In this document: positions 62,453 to 64,000 of the stretch, piece by piece | How the letters are laid out: each line of letters opens with the position of its first letter | How positions within the stretch are numbered: position 1 is the stretch's first letter | Assembly: GCA_963817895.1 (NCBI GenBank) | Contig: CAWFQB010000014.1 | Location: 448,001-512,000, forward strand | Length of the DNA: 64,000 nt | Reading direction: 5' to 3' | Origin: an uncultured Chthonomonadaceae bacterium | GTDB lineage: Bacteria; Armatimonadota; Chthonomonadetes; Chthonomonadales; Chthonomonadaceae | The notes under the pieces: model-generated | Database searches by the model: none | Seen by the model: the letters and a program-made list of their open reading frames with translations, nothing else | What the model was told of the DNA's origin: nothing | Position numbers and translations under genes: made by a program

Positions 62453-63340
62453 TTACGGGGTTTCTGTCCAGTTGCCGGAGTAGAAGTCATGAACGGCCTG
62501 CTGGCAGGTTTCCGTTGCAGACTGAACCGGGTAGCCCCCGGCGCCGCCCAATGCCGCGTAGTCCGAAGGCGCATTGGGATCATAGCACCATTTAACCGCA
62601 TTCGCTTCGCTGGCGGGGCGGGCCGTCAGGCCAAAGCCGGCGTACTGCCCGGCTTGCATTTTGATGATTTTGGCGTGTCCATCCACAAAAGCGTAGTTCA
62701 GGTTTGTCATGTGCCGAATGGAGGCGGTATTCTTCGGGCCATCACTGCCACTGATGATGTTGTCCATTGCAATGGAGTAGCCGGGGGTATCGTAGGTATC
62801 CCCGAACGCCACGCAGTCGGCAGGAGCGGTGATAGCGGCAATCGCGCGTCCGGGGCGGGAGCCGTCCGGCAATTGCAGGGTCAGGCCATAGCCGCTGTCG
62901 CTGATCCAGCCGTCATTGTAGCCGTAGCCCTGAAGTCGCAGGCCGAGCGCGGCAGGATAATTCTGTGGCTTCGACGCGGCGCTGGCGGCGGTAGTGGTAA
63001 GCGCGCGGTCAGGACAGACCATCATTTGCCAGTTTTTCACATAAGGCTGTATGAGATTGAACCAGTACCCGCCCGATACGTACTTGCCGGTGGCATCCTT
63101 AACAGTTGGCGAGTTTTGCAGGGGCGTGGTTTCATCGAAATCCTGCGTGTACATGGCATACGCCAACCCGGACTGTTTAAGGTTGCTCAGGCAGGAAATG
63201 GCGCGGGCTTTTTCCCTCGCCTGCGCGAAGACCGGGAACAGGATAGCGGCTAATATCACGATGATAGCAATCACGACAAGCAATTCTATGAGAGTGAAGG
63301 CGCGAAGCGATGTTCGCGAAACCAATCCGGTACGAACCAT
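62453..63340 (-). CDS. Prepilin-type N-terminal cleavage / DUF1559 / H-X9-DG protein
   Basis: [49 protein letters not shown]. Confidence 0.92.
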   Translation of the reverse strand: MVRTGLVSRTSLRAFTLIELLVVIAIIVILAAILFPVFAQAREKARAISCLSNLKQSGLAYAMYTQDFDETTPLQNSPTVKDATGKYVSGGYWFNLIQPYVKNWQMMVCPDRALTTTAASAASKPQNYPAALGLRLQGYGYNDGWISDSGYGLTLQLPDGSRPGRAIAAITAPADCVAFGDTYDTPGYSIAMDNIISGSDGPKNTASIRHMTNLNYAFVDGHAKIIKMQAGQYAGFGLTARPASEANAVKWCYDPNAPSDYAALGGAGGYPVQSATETCQQAVHDFYSGNWTETP

Positions 63341-63464
63341 GAAGCATCTCCTTTGAAAATACAGGCCAACGAAACGCGGCGTGTCTGCCGCCCTCTTTTA
63401 GTTTAGACTATGTGGTATTAAGGGCGTGTTAAATTTTCACTTTCGATTGTTAAGGTTCGATACA

Positions 63465-63493
63465 TTGACATTGGCGGGCAACTTCTGTATAAT
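63465..63493 (+). promoter_or_regulatory. Perfect-consensus sigma70 promoter
   Basis: TTGACA-N17-TATAAT. Confidence 0.8.
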
Positions 63494-63563
63494 GCGGGCA
63501 GGCGTTTTCACGCGAACTCATTTCAATCTTTTATCAACTTTTTCAACCTTTAGGAGAACCGCA

Positions 63564-64000
63564 ATGGCTATTATGACGGGCTTATCGGGCAATGAGATGT
63601 TTTGCCTGCACAAAAAGGGGCTATCCGCCGGGGATATGGTTATCGGCAACAGCGTGTATTCCATTGGTTTTATCGGCAGCGTGGGTTCGGGGTTGAAAAC
63701 CATGACGGGCGGCGAAGTGACGCAGATCACGAGCATCATACACGACGGACGCAAAAGTTCGTATGAGCGCATGGTGGCGGAAGCGGAGCGGCACGGCGGC
63801 ATTGGAATCACAGGCGTATCCAGTGAACTGGTGCAGCAAATGGGCAATGTGGAGTTTCTGTCCGTCGGGTCGTGCGTTCATCAGGAGGGCGCGAAATCGG
63901 AGAAACTGGGCTTCTCCTCCAGCGCGGACGGGCAGGAGTTGTACTGCCAGATGGATTCCGGATTCCGGCCCATCAAGTTCGTGTTCGGCAATGTCGCCTA
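63564..64000 (+). CDS. YbjQ/UPF0145-like heavy-metal-binding domain protein (partial)
   Basis: AGGAG RBS; MAIMTGLSGNEMFCL...VIGNSVYS.G...GGEVTQIT.II.DGR...RM.AEA..HGG.GITGV; open to the window end. Confidence 0.75.
   Translation, partial: MAIMTGLSGNEMFCLHKKGLSAGDMVIGNSVYSIGFIGSVGSGLKTMTGGEVTQITSIIHDGRKSSYERMVAEAERHGGIGITGVSSELVQQMGNVEFLSVGSCVHQEGAKSEKLGFSSSADGQELYCQMDSGFRPIKFVFGNVA

Noticed and set aside
5140..62600. Long antisense or shadow ORFs (e.g. 5140..5982, 19938..20759, 57462..58376, 61140..61835)
   Set aside because: They overlap well-supported genes on the opposite strand, as expected in GC-rich DNA, and show no recognisable motifs.

Overview
GC-rich bacterial window, most likely Armatimonadota (inferred from DUF1559 pseudopilin-like genes, an exosortase cassette and overall gene content). 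Many conserved genes are split by single-base indels, which look like long-read errors. From left to right: (1) a GH78 rhamnosidase and planctomycete-like secreted/heme proteins; (2) an integrase-less tandem cassette array in which the 3' end of a hydroxypyruvate-isomerase-family gene (hyi) occurs three times, separating a defence cassette (RelE-like, Shedu-like nuclease, PNP-STAND-TPR NLR) from a DUF1592/DUF1552 cassette; (3) GH51 abfA; (4) a c-di-GMP module (membrane HD-GYP-GAF-GGDEF, two secreted subtilases with six C-terminal RAxWG repeats and a shared structured upstream block, PilZ); (5) hydantoinase B, a PIN TA pair and uvsE; (6) an argC-J-B-D-F-G cluster interleaved with unrelated genes and preceded by an apparent classical Arg leader-peptide attenuator; (7) an exosortase cassette; (8) a TPR-ExbB-ExbD module with a TonB-like VWA protein; (9) a phosphoesterase, a beta-propeller, a second DUF1559 gene and a YbjQ-like gene. 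Intergenic DNA carries REPINs, MITEs and inverted heptamer tandem repeats, some of which have entered coding sequence. No rRNA, tRNA or CRISPR array was recognised.
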